A stretch of DNA of 51,897 nt, counting the filler, from Catajapyx aquilonaris (taxonomy: Eukaryota), in NCBI GenBank assembly GCA_000934665.2. It is 3 parts of 3 records of this genome, joined end to end, with 100 filler letters (N's around TTAATTAATTAA, not from the genome) between each part and the next. Parts side by side here need not be neighbours in the genome. Positions count along the whole stretch, not along the records: positions 1 to 17,229 come from JYFJ02006997.1; 2 more parts are not named here. One strand, 5' to 3'. Position numbers and translations under genes: made by a program. Shown in pieces: positions 1 to 11,034 of this stretch; within the stretch, counting starts at the first letter, position 1, and each line of letters starts with the position of its first letter. The notes under the pieces are model-generated. The model did not search any database. It was not told where the DNA came from and saw nothing but the letters and a program-made list of their open reading frames with translations.

Positions 1-231
1 ATCATTTCGCAGTCACAGTTCTACTGGCTCCATTTTCTGTATCTCATGGTCAGCTTTTTGCTATTTGTCAAAAAAGGCACTTTCTGTAGCATTTTCATTG
101 CAAAGGTGTGAGTGTAACTTACTATATATTAGTACTTCCAATTTGCAGTAGCAAAAAGAAGCACAAATCCTATAAAATAATAGTTTCATCCAACGCACAG
201 AATGAGTGCCAGCAATGATCTGTCCACTTAC

Positions 232-964
232 CAGATTCGGTAGGACAGACAGTTTCGTTGTCCACTTTTTGTTGATTGACCGACGAGGTGAAAGTGTCCA
301 CTGCCTGACCAATCTCTGCCTTGAGTCTCTTTTCTGCTGCGAGACTCGCTTCAGAAGAAGATTTCATGTCGCTAGTGGCCGGGTCAAGGTCACCAGTCGA
401 AGGGGTTTGACCTTCCACACAACTCGATAAGACACTGGAATAATATTTGCACACATTTTGAAGAAAGAATTTATAGGCATGGTTATAAATCAACATGCCT
501 TTAAACCATTTTCATAATCAGCCAACAATGATTTCCAGAACACGGAGTACGAGTAGGCCTATTGGCATACACGTGGTTGCTCACTTACTTCAATTTCTCT
601 TCCAATGATTTTAAGGACGTCATTCCCATTTCTAATGCCTCTTTTAGTGATATCACTTCTTCCTTGATTTCTCTCACTTCTCGAACTACACTATCTGGGG
701 GGAAAAAACGTGTTCAATGCACTTTAACAAGACGTGATAAATATACATGGAGCCATTATTACCTGATCGAGCAAATCCATCCTCCATGGTTTTCATCATT
801 GTTTGTATTGCCAGTTCCAGTCTGTCTTCCTTGGATTGTGCGGTATCGGCATCAGCATGGGGAATATTTTCGGTTCCATTATTTGCCATGGCCAGGGAAT
901 AATTGACCCCTGACACTAACAGAACCAACAAATAGAGGCCAAAACTGTTGGTGTTGGCCATCAT
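232..964 (-). CDS. Secreted coiled-coil protein, 5' part (exons 964-763, 694-589, 434-232; probably continues off the left edge)
   Basis: Signal-peptide-like start MMANTNSFGLYLLVLLVSGVNYSLA. GT-AG introns keep the frame (phases 1, 2, 1). Exon 2 reads as heptad-like VVREVREIKEEVISLKEALEMGMTSLKSLEEKL. The C-terminal domain is not in the window. Confidence 0.65.
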
Positions 965-1428
965 CTCGGAGGATGCTGCACTCGACTCAATCAGACTGAC
1001 TCCTTTCTCCTCAATCCTGAAGGGCGGACTGCTTAAATAGTGACATTGGTGACCGCAGATATAATGGGCAATGACTTTCCTTATCGGAAGAGAATGATGG
1101 TTATCAGTGGGGTTATCATGCCCCACAACTTTCATCAGAAGATCACAAAATGAGAAAGTGAGCTTAAATATTGATAATTCCAGTGAACTGCATGTGACCA
1201 GAGAATGATTCCATGAGGGTGCAACATTCATGGCTGCCAGTTATGTGGTTAGAAAAAAGCATAACTCACTTAAATACGTGTTCCTTACCAGCCATATACT
1301 CAGGGAGATGGCGATCGATTAATTATTGTTATTATTAGGAGTGTTATTATTTTGGTGGGACATCATTGTGAATCATGTTATATAGCTCAGATGATGACAT
1401 TTGAGGATATAGGTCACACCTTTCATTT

Positions 1429-3053
1429 TTAAAATGCCGAAACGACGACCGTGTCTGGGGGCACGTATACCGAGCTGGTAGTGCACGAATTGTCCTTATT
1501 GTTCCCTTCTGGTGCAACTTGATTCCGTTGGATTCGCAACCATGAGAACCACTGGCTCCAACTGTTGGTGCTGCTGGGAAGGAACAGCTCCTTGAAAGTC
1601 AGCCTGAATTCTTGGCTCATAGTACAATAGAGAACGAAGTTAACCGCGCAGTTGAGCAGTATGACCCCCTCCAGTGTCCTTTCCATGTAAAGGTAGCACT
1701 CCAGATAGAAACCTATGCCCCATATGGCCACCAGCAGTGCCACAATCCCTTGCGGAAATTCAGTGACCAAGAAGAAGAGGAGGACGGCCATGACCATCCT
1801 GGTGGTCCTGTCCATCCTTCGGTCCACATCAGACGAGACTACGTGACCACCAGCACTATTGTTCCTTACAGAGCAGCTTCTGTTGTCCAAGAGGTACCGC
1901 CTTCTTCTCTTGGCCTGCACCAGAGCCCAGACAAGCCTCAAACTCAGCATGGTCAAGGCCACACAGGGTATCAGCTTGACTACGACGCCCAAGATCCACA
2001 GGTTGACCACAAGACTAAGCGACACTTCCTCCTGACCTATCCTGCCCATGTTCGCAATCTTATCGCCATACTTGGCCCAGTGAGTCTCACCATCTACTGC
2101 AGTGTCTATCCTATTCCCGATGTACAACGGAGTGTGCAGCACTGCGACCCCGATGTAAACACAGACCACTGCCCACTTTGCCCTCCTCTGGCTGCACCAG
2201 GTCTGGCTCCGATGGGGCCAACACACCACCAGGTAGCGCCAGACTGCCAGGGTCACCGTCAGCCAGATCGAGGTCGCATGCATCACCTTTAGGCGACAGT
2301 GTGAAATGAACATATAAGTTTCTTATAATCCGCTTATTCTCTCCGTCTGATATTTGTCCGACCTGATAGTACCACTATTTCCTCCACGACTTGACTGGCA
2401 GGAGTGTGCAGGGGAAGGTCGCGCCATCTATGCGTGAAGACTATTACTACTGGGTAAATCGTCCCACAGGGCGGTAATCTCAGGTCGGACTACAGAAATA
2501 GCGTATCGTCAAGCGTGGTGAGATTGTGCCAACGGATTTTTTGACAACAGTGGCAGCAGGCGTAAACTAGCGAATTCAGACATGCTTCACCATACAGTGA
2601 GGGATGGTCCAGGTTATCAAACTATTGTAAACTGTAAACTTGTGTAGTAAAAAAAATGCACTGGAACAATCTCACCCCACCTGGCACAATATCACCCCTA
2701 TATACTGACGGGTATTACTAGCTCACCTTGTGGAACACAGCGTGGAATAACCAGTACGAGGTCCAACCATAGTGTTTGGAGTGACCAAGAGCCCCGAACC
2801 ACAACTCGTCATCCAGAAGCTCGGAGGTGGCAAAGGGCATGTAGGTCACCATCACACTCAGGTCCGCCACTGCCAGAGAGGTCAGGATGGTGCTGGTGGG
2901 TGACCTCATCCGCTTTCGTGTCAGGACGACGATGCTGAGGACACTCCAGACGGACCCCACGAAGCAAAGGGCCAGTACAATGTAAGGGTATATGCTGGTG
3001 TCGTACGAATTCATCTGCTGTCTGAAGTAATCGCTGCAGTACAGGTACCTCAT
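1429..3053 (-). CDS. Rhodopsin-class neuropeptide GPCR, myosuppressin receptor (MsR/dmsr-1)-like; exons 3053-2727 and 2286-1429, about 394 aa
   Basis: Family motifs VLTRKRMRSPT, LAVADL, SIWLTVTLAVWRY, VKLIPCVALTMLSLRLVWAL, DRTTRM...TEFPQG, NFVLYCTMSQEFR. Phase-0 intron with AAG|GTGAGC donor and TAAAG| acceptor. Confidence 0.9.
2331..2450. repeat. About 125-bp dispersed intronic repeat (family B), copy 1
   Basis: Reverse complement matches 8703-8832 and 9659-9720/10530-10578 (GCATAGATGGCGC...CTGCACACTCCTGCC...ATAGTGGTACTATCAG...GACGGAGAGAATAA). Confidence 0.8.
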
Positions 3054-3478
3054 CTTGCCGTACACTGCTTGAGCGATTGCGGCGAAGAGAGAGCTGCAGT
3101 CTCTATATACGCACGTCCTTGATGATTGGAGGTCGTTTGCACACCCTGAGCAACCGCATACCGGCACTTCATGAGCATGAGTACGTCATCAATGAAACTG
3201 GTTTTGACAAATCCTCATAAAAACATCTGCAAGCACGGCACCTTTTCCATGTCGGAGTTAAAAATACGCAACAACGTACTACGCAAAACTGAATGATTCA
3301 CATGATTCGTGCAAAAGTGCAATTATTATTATTATTTTGCATTCTCGCCACAAAAGTAATCGCATGGATTACACTCATAAGAGACCGAAGGACACTTCTT
3401 CTGTCATGAATTCTTTCTAACTTCTTTCTAATTATCAATCCAGCGAGATTCCGCTAAATAAATAAATTGCTGGCATTT

Positions 3479-3702
3479 AACCGAAGCAGTGGTGGGGGAG
3501 GGGATATGCTGGTATCCGACTGCTAATCGGGAGGTCCTGGGTTCGAATCCCGGTGCCGGCAACTCTAACAGTGGTTTCCCACGGTCCCTCCAGGAGAATT
3601 CCGGAGTTGTTTCCTAAACTAATAGGCCACAGCCGCCTGCTTCCTATCCTATCCCAAAAAGCGCAGTAAAAACGAAAACGAAGAGTTCCAGTCAAAACAA
3701 AA
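3479..3702 (+). mobile_element. tRNA-derived SINE (family 1)
   Basis: tRNA-like head with B box GGTTCGAATCC near 3540. Body is homologous to the inverted copy at 28178-28461. Confidence 0.8.
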
Positions 3703-4353
3703 ATCGCTGCCATGCGCAGAGTGCTGAAGGACACATCTCGACCGACCTTTGACCCAGAAAAGAGTCGGCCAAAACTTGTCACCATTTGTCCAAGGTTATG
3801 GAGAAATAGAAAATAAAGGGCTACAAGAGCTTGGATTGTTTTCGCCGCAGAAAACGGTAGAAGGAATGGGGACACTGAATATTCTCTGGCGATAAAATAG
3901 TCAGGGAGATAACTTATCTCTTCTTATTACACGTGATCGAATTCATTGTCCACAATCTAATTTCTGCGCCATAGTTGCCATTATTTCGGTGACCATCTTT
4001 CCCGGTCTTTCCTTTTTTGTTTCTTTGTTACAAAATTAGCTTAATTATGAAGATGTTTCCAGGGTGGGCCGAAGTTCATAGTTCATTTAAGCTCTGTGGA
4101 AGTTTGGGGAGAGCAGCTCTATGCAGTAAACAATAATGATAGTATCTATCCAATTTTTCTGATTACATAATTTGAACGGTGGTGATTGGTTTCCTGACTT
4201 ATCCTATATGTCCGATTAGGAAGAAGATGAAAGGGAATTAAATCATGATACAGTTGATTTCAACAATGTTTATATGCCAAAAGGAAATTCGACAAATGGC
4301 AATATTTGCGTGATTTCACACCTTAAATCACAATATATTGCACATACTTTGGT

Positions 4354-4691
4354 CAGGGAGCATATGCTACATTCGATTTCCGCGTCTCTCTGTTTGGGGC
4401 GTTGCCAAGGCTGGCAGCCATTTTGAAGTGTGGGCAACGCTAACGAGGTATAAATAGGGTACAGGCAAAAATAAGGTCCGCCATCTTTGATTCGCGCGTG
4501 TACTTGCCGTGTAGTTGCCATGGCCGCCAAGACCATCAAAGATGGCGGACCCTATTTTTGCCTGTACCCTATTTATACCTCGTTGGCGTTCCCCACACTT
4601 CAAGATGGCCTCCAGCCTTGGCAACGGCTCCAAACAGAGAAACGTGAACATCAAAGGCGCCAACAGAAGTTTGCGCCTCTTATGCTCCCTG
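4354..4691. mobile_element. Foldback MITE family A, copy 1, 7-bp TSD CTTTGGT
   Basis: Ends CAGGGAGCATA / TATGCTCCCTG with long internal inverted arms. CTTTGGT flanks both ends (4347-4353, 4692-4698). Confidence 0.9.
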
Positions 4692-4846
4692 CTTTGGTGC
4701 CCAACACCTTCACACATTCTACACAATAAAATCACCCTTTACATAAAAAGCATACCGTAATGTTCCCCGTTACCATTATTCCAAAACTGATTACTCTCAA
4801 GTGCGACGCAACATGTCGACGTGAATGTGCACGACGAGCACGCAGT

Positions 4847-5833
4847 TCACAATAGTTTCTTGTAGTAGTAGTAGTAATACTGGTCATAGTAGTGTTGGTA
4901 GCAGCGGTAGTAGCAATCGCAGAAGGAGTAATAATAGTAGTAGTAGCAGCAATAGTAATAGTAGTAGTAATAGTAATAGTATTGGTCAAAGTCGACGACA
5001 GCATGATCATCCTGCTGATCAGTAGACGTGGCTTCTTCCATCAGTACTACTTCATGACCATGTTCCACTTCACAATCGTCGGCAATTTCCCGAGTCACTT
5101 GACGCAGCTCTTGGAAGAGGTTCACTACCTGCAACATACCCAATGATACATGCAGGTGTCAAATGTCGGGCACTGATATTTAACCAGATCAGGGAGCATA
5201 TACTACATAAGAGGCGCAAATTTCTGTCGGCGCCTTTGATGTTCGCGTCTCTCTGTTTGGGGCCGTTGCCAAGGCTGGCGGTCATTTTGAAGCGGGGGCA
5301 ACGTCAACGAGGTATAAATAGGGTGCAGGCAAAAATAGGGTCCGCCATCTTTGATGGTTTTGGCGGCCATGGCATTTACACGGCAAGAACACGCGCGAAT
5401 CAAAGATGGCGGACCCTATTTTTGCCTGTACCCTATTTATACCTCGTTGGCGTTCCCCACACTTCAAAATGGCCGCCAGCCTTGGCAACGCCCCCAAACA
5501 GAGAGACGTGGAAATCGAATGTTTGCGCCTCTTATGTAGTATATGCTCCCTGACCAGATGTTGGCCCAATAAGGTCAGCATGAGAATTTTCCTATACGAA
5601 CAACAATCCATTGACCAATTACACGTTGCTCTCCTACGGTACAGGTTGTGCCATATAAACTGAGACACCAAATAAATGAGTTGCTGGCCAATCTGAGTCA
5701 AATTCATTTAAAATATTGAACGAATGGGATTGTCACTTACGTCCTTTTCACTGAGCAAGAGATGTCCATCTTCGGTCAAATAGTTGTCCAAGATGTCTCG
5801 TTCTTGGGCATGTCCATCAGCATCACCGGTCAT
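4847..5833 (-). CDS. Possible small acidic protein with Tyr-rich tail (exons 5833-5741 and 5128-4847)
   Basis: AUG at 5833, GAC|GTAAGT donor and TTGCAG| acceptor in phase 0. The ORF runs through the microsatellite. No recognisable family. Confidence 0.3.
4860..4985. repeat. Degenerate (AGT/AAT)n trinucleotide microsatellite
   Basis: Run of gtagtagtagtaatagtagca-type units. Confidence 0.85.
5190..5552. mobile_element. Foldback MITE family A, copy 2, 7-bp TSD ACCAGAT
   Basis: TIR CAGGGAGCATATACTACATAAGAGGCGCAAA at both ends. ACCAGAT at 5183-5189 and 5553-5559. Confidence 0.92.
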
Positions 5834-6582
5834 GTTTACTTGAATCTGAAGCGATAACTTGGTGTCGATAGTTTTCCAAGCACATGGAATTAGACTCTAC
5901 TAGCTAGTGTAGTTATCCTGCTACTAAAAGTGACTGTGATATATTACCTCAGAGCTTTCTTTTCCACCCCAAAAATCGCCAAATGCTTGGTGACAGTAGC
6001 CCTCCAGGTGATTTTAATACCTCTGACAGTGACTGGTGCCTGTGTCGCCAACAACAAGAGACGTGTTGCTTCTTGTGCAGCTGGCAAGAATCTGGATTGT
6101 GTTGTGAAGCTGTTTGTTCGCACCGAGGACAAATGCGAATAATAACAGAGCAAGACTCCCCTATAGATAAAAAAAAGTGAGGAGGTGTCAAATTCCGGAT
6201 CACATGAATAGCGTTACGTCACACAAAACTCTGGATCAAGTAGCCATTTGTTGCCTTAAACCTTGATGAATAACAAGCTGCAAATTTAATTGCGAATTGA
6301 AAATGACTTTTACGTCATCAAAGGCAGAGTTACAGATGTTAATTTTTTTATTGTTTCGGAATAAACACAATGCATTTTGACGAGATAAAGCATAACATGC
6401 GAACTGTAAACAGCAAAACATTAAAAGCGCATCGCCAATGAGTATCCCATGGAGCATCAATTTTTAATGCTCTTGTGATGTTTTAGCAACAAAAAAGCAT
6501 CAAAAGAGCATTAAAAATTCAGCTCCGTGGGAGACTCACCATTGAATTTAATGCAGTTTATTACAGTGCAGGTCAGGTCAGG

Positions 6583-7047
6583 TCATTCTGGCGCTTGTGT
6601 GGTGGTGGTGACCTCCAGGACGACCTCGGTCAGCACTGCTCCACCTCCGGTCATCTGGCACCGGTACGTCCCTCCCATACCGGATAGTATGTCCCTGATG
6701 TGAAGATCATACGTGGTCTGGGTCATCCTGATTGAGTACTTCATGTTGGGTGTGAAGATCCCTGTTCCCGCAGTCAGCAGCAAAGGATCCGAATCCGGGA
6801 TGACCTTAGTCCAGAAAGGATAGGCATCAGATGAGTCCTGAGGGAGCAGGCAGGTCAAGGTCACCCCATCGTGCTCACTGACTGTCAGCGGGTCTCCGTA
6901 CGCTTCAAACAATGCAAATATTAAATTGTAGCATGTGGACCAACAAGAGATGTTTGGGGGAAAACAAAGTGGCCTTCAAACCATACCTATTGTCCAGATA
7001 AGAAGTGTGATCAGCATCCAAAATGCACCTGTACGAGTCATCTTCAT
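6583..7047 (-). CDS. Secreted single V-type Ig-domain protein 1 (leader exon 7047-6987, Ig exon 6902-6583; about 126 aa)
   Basis: Leader MKMTRTGAFWMLITLLIWTI and a phase-1 intron. Ig motifs VTLTC, W, YDLHIRD, GGTYRC. No TM segment. AATAAA shortly after the stop. Confidence 0.85.
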
Positions 7048-7207
7048 CCAGTAGGACTGTATAGGGAAAGGTCTTGTCTCCTAGTTACTATGCAAAGTAG
7101 CTGGATGCGCAATTTCCTGATTGTGCAAGTTGCTATCATTGTTATTTCCGGCAGAGCCAGGTCAGTGACATACATTTGTGCAGACAAATCCTGCTGTCAA
7201 AATTACA

Positions 7208-7489
7208 CCAGAAAAAAGAAACCGGACCCGGCGTTGCTCCTGCTTTTCTGCCACTTCGCCTCCTGCGGCCAAGGATGACCTCGGAGGTCAAGTCCAATGT
7301 GCTAAAAACCTTCCCCGTTAAAAACTACCCCTAATGATCTCCCTGGGGCACATGTCGAGGCCTCCGTATTGATTTGCATCGGGAACGTACAGACATACCG
7401 GGATCATTAGGGGTAGTTTTTAACGGGGAAGGTTTTTAGCACATTGTACTTGACCTCCGAGGTACGTACGTTTGGAAATATGTATTAGA
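7208..7489 (-). mobile_element. Non-autonomous Helitron-like element with internal 62-bp inverted repeat
   Basis: On the minus strand it starts A|TC at 7489 and ends CTGG|T at 7208, after GC-rich GCAACGCCGGGTCCGG. No TSD. Inverted arms at 7278-7339 and 7402-7463. Confidence 0.65.
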
Positions 7490-7533
7490 TGTCACTTCCT
7501 TTATTATTGTGAATCCTGCATACATTATTGAGG

Positions 7534-9166
7534 TCACAGAAATGGAGCATGAGCCAATCTGATGCAGTACCAGAGGGGACCAGGGCAGCAGCAGCACATG
7601 CAAATGACGCAGCAGGTAATAAGGGCGGTGTCGTTCCCTCCGAAGGACTGGCGGTCATATCTGTTCCCCTGATCTATCATGACCACTCGAGTCGGCCCGG
7701 GGATGTCTGATCCTGCGCCATACTGGGGCTGGAACGGGTATGGGAATCGCGTCCCGGACGCGTCTGCTGGATCCGAGTAGTTCTCGCTGCTCGAGTCTCC
7801 CGATGGTGGAGGGCCATAATGCCCGTAAACTGTGAATGATTATATTGCAAAGTCTGTGCCTCTGTTTGTCCGGAATGAGTCATCACTCAACTATAGGTAC
7901 ACTATACCCCTGAGAGTGGCAGCACTGCTGTGCAGAGATCTGCCGTCAGATGTGAGAGGACCGTAACTCAATATCCACTTCCCTTGCGGCGAGAAAAGAA
8001 AGAAAGTGTTACCGAGATCATCCAAGAGGTGGCGTTGGGGGAAGGGGGAAAAAGGAACGGCATCCCAACTCCACCTGTTGGGTGCTTTTGGTACCACTGC
8101 TTTTTTTCTCTCCGCAAGGGGAAGTGGACATTGAGTTACGGTCTTCTCATATCTGACGGAAGAGATGAGCCATCTACATGTGAGAGACATATGATCGTTT
8201 TGGAAAGGGACAGACGGATCTAACTTTGTCGGGTTACGAACGTTATTCTCAAACTATAAATGAGTTATTTTAATCTACGACTTTTGGCTGCCGGACAATT
8301 GGCTGCCGTGACATTTGGTGGCCCAATTTAATCAGCGACTACTGCAAAAGGCAGCATACAAATGACCGGCAGCCAAATGCCCCGCAGCCAAGTGGCATTT
8401 CAGCCAATTGTCGGGATACCGAATTTTTTTAACGAGCGCAACCGAATGCGCAAATTGTTTCCGACACTATGCTTCAGGGGGTAACAATATATGGCCGACT
8501 TTTGCGACGTCACTAATAAAGGCTCTGGAACGTACCTTAGAGGTGTTAATTTGGCCCCTGAGGAATGACTTTGGCAACGTTGTTGTCGGAACAGTGGGCT
8601 TGCGCGAATGTGGGTGCGCACTCGGTTGCGATAGTAAAAAAATCATCTGTTAGCGACAATTGAACAACTTGAATGAGACGGCCCCTCCGATTTACCATGT
8701 GATAGTGCTATTCTTAACGCATAGATGGCGCATCCTCCCTCTGCACACTCCTGCCATCCACACTCAGGTCGTGTGAGAGATAGTGGTACTATCAGTTGGG
8801 ATAAACATCCGACGGAGAGAATAATCCGCTATTAGGAGTCAGCTTACCTGGTTGTTGGGTGACGTACACGGTACGAGTGTATGCTGGATAGTACCCCGGA
8901 TTGACATTTGGGTACTGCCCACCATCACCACCGGTTGGTTGAGCTGTTACAACCACATATGATGGAGGGGCGTCTGCTGCAGCTGTAGACACCTCTTGCA
9001 AAGTAGCGTCATTTGCATCAGTAAGAGGCGTCTGGAGGATGACCTTCTCTTCGCGAATGCGCAGGGCTGCCAAAGCAGCCGTGACACGACCACTGTCCTC
9101 AGCCGATGATGGCTGGACAGTCACATGTGGTCCAGAAGGTGTCGATTTATCTGAGGAAGACCTCAT
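7534..9166 (-). CDS. CYSTM-like Pro/Tyr-rich protein with Cys-rich C-terminal membrane anchor, paralog 1 (exons 9166-8848, 7829-7534; about 204 aa)
   Basis: Phase-1 GT-AG intron. PPSY motif. C-terminus ALITCCVICMCCCCPGPLWYCIRLAHAPFL*. AATAAA just downstream. Confidence 0.75.
7935..8222. mobile_element. MITE-like inverted repeat in the intron of CYSTM paralog 1
   Basis: CCGTCAGATGTGAGAGGACCGTAACTCAATATCCACTTCCCTTGCGG (from 7943) pairs with 8112-8159. Confidence 0.7.
8703..8832. repeat. Repeat family B, copy 2 (intron of CYSTM paralog 1)
   Basis: Similar to the other two family B copies. Confidence 0.8.
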
Positions 9167-9339
9167 TCTTTTGGCGGCCGAATTATTGTGAGCGCCCCAA
9201 TGTCAACATGCGAAAGGAACATTCAGACACAACAATGTGTCGTGTCGTCAAGGCAACCTCAATGTCACACAATTTATCCTGCTGTCATAATAATTACACC
9301 ACAATGCCACTTATTGCTTTATTATTATTGTGAAGGTGA

Positions 9340-10751
9340 TCACAGCAATGGAGAAGGAGCCATTTTGATGCACCACCAGATGGGCGCAGGGCAGCAGCAG
9401 CAGCACAGGCAAAGGAGGCAGGTCAGAAGGAAGGTGTCGTCGTTCACTCCGGAGGACCCGTACCTGTTCCGCTGGTCCATCATGACCGCTCGAGTGGGCC
9501 CGGGGATGTCTGATCCTAAACCATACACGAAGAATCGCGCAGCGAACGCGTCTGCTGGATGACCCAAGAAGCTCATCTCGCTCGAGTCTCCTGATGATGG
9601 TGGAGCGGCGTAAACTGCAGAAGGATTATTATTATTATTATTATTATTGCAGAGACATACTGCTATTCTTAAAGCATAGATGGCGCACCCTCCCTCTGCA
9701 CACTCCTGCCACACTCAGGTCAGGGAGCATATACTACGTATAAGAGGCGCAAACTTACCTGCGTTTATGATTTAAGCGTGTAAGCTGGTTCAACGAACGT
9801 TATTGTGGCTTTGCTACAGCAAGTGTTCGTACGCGCGCTCTCTGAACTGTTCCGACCAGCCATATCAATATAGGGTATAATGTAGATCGGGTCAGCACTG
9901 TATGCCTACATCGGCCCAACATCAGGTGCCATCGTTGGCCCGATGTGACAAAAAGTTAACCCTTTTACATTGGCCCAACATCGCTCCCCAACATTGGCCC
10001 GGTGTCATTTCCAGACGTCGGGCCGACGAAGTGTGCTACCTGGGTTCTGTCGCGTCTCTCTGTTTGGGGCCGTTGCCATGCTGGCGGCCATCTTGAAGTG
10101 TGGGGAACACCAACGAGGTATAAATAGGGTACAGGCAAAAATAGGGTCAGCCATCTTTGATGGTTTTGACGGCCACTACACGTCAAGTACATGCGCGAAT
10201 CAAAGATGGCGGACCCTATTTTTGCCTGCACCCTGTTCATACCTCGTTGGCGTTCCCCACACTGCAAAATGGCCGCCGGCCTTGGCAACGGCCCCAAACA
10301 GAGAGACGCGACAGAACCCACTTCGTCGGCCCGACGTCGAGAAATGACACCGGGCCAATGTTGGGGAGCGATGTTGGGCCGATGTAAAAGGGTTAACTTT
10401 TTGTCACATCGGGCCAACGATGGCACCTGATGTTGGGCCGATGTAGGCATACAGTGCTGACCCGATCTACCCAAACAGAGAGACGCGGAAATCGAATGTT
10501 TGCGCCTCTTATGTAGTATGTGCTCCCTGGTGGTACGATCAGGTCGGACAAACATCCGACGGAGAGAATAAGCCTATTAGCAAGAGTCATATTATATTAC
10601 CTGGTTGATTCCGGATGACCTTCGCTTCACGAATGCACAGGGCTTCCGAAACAGATGCTGTGACACGACCACTGTCCACACCTGATGATGGCTGGACATT
10701 CCCACGACCAGTTGGTCCAGAAGGTGGCGATTTACCTGAGGAAGACGTCAT
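9340..10751 (-). CDS. CYSTM-like paralog 2 (exons 10751-10601, 9614-9340; about 141 aa)
   Basis: Homologous to paralog 1 (QPSS..DSGRVTA, GSDIPGPTR, TCLLCLCCCCCPAPIWWCI) with the same phase-1 intron. Confidence 0.75.
9721..10529. mobile_element. Compound family A element carrying a 589-bp palindrome, inserted into repeat B
   Basis: Family A termini at 9721 and 10529. Arms at 9882-10161 and 10199-10470. Repeat B halves on either side. Confidence 0.85.
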
Positions 10752-11034
10752 TTTGTAGACCACCCCAAGTTCATATAGGACACTGCTCATATGTCAACAT
10801 GCGAAAAGGAACACGTAGACACAACAAAATGGGTCGTCCAGGCAACCTCATGACTTTTAACTTTACAAAAATACAAAATTAATCATTGTTAACATCATCT
10901 TTATGTATCCTGACCCTATTGTTGCAGAATGTGGAAAACAACGTCGCTACTTAGGTTACGTCCTGCTTCTATACATCAGCACAATGTTAGCTGTACTCTA
11001 GAACGTCATACATGGTAGTGTTAAACTGTAAGTA

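Noticed and set aside
1612..2292. 226-aa plus-strand ORF (likewise 11594-12394 minus and 49995-50540 plus)
   Set aside because: Antisense shadows of real coding exons, with no recognisable features.
3479..3565. tRNA genes here and at about 25353, 28380 and 30541
   Set aside because: The tRNA-like heads continue into shared SINE bodies with simple-repeat tails and TSDs.
4354..10529. Repeated blocks as a CRISPR array, or their ORFs (RIKDGGPYFCLYPIYTSL) as a protein family
   Set aside because: They are dispersed inverted-repeat MITE arms with TSDs in eukaryotic DNA. There is no repeat-spacer periodicity, and the ORFs appear on both strands only because the element is palindromic.
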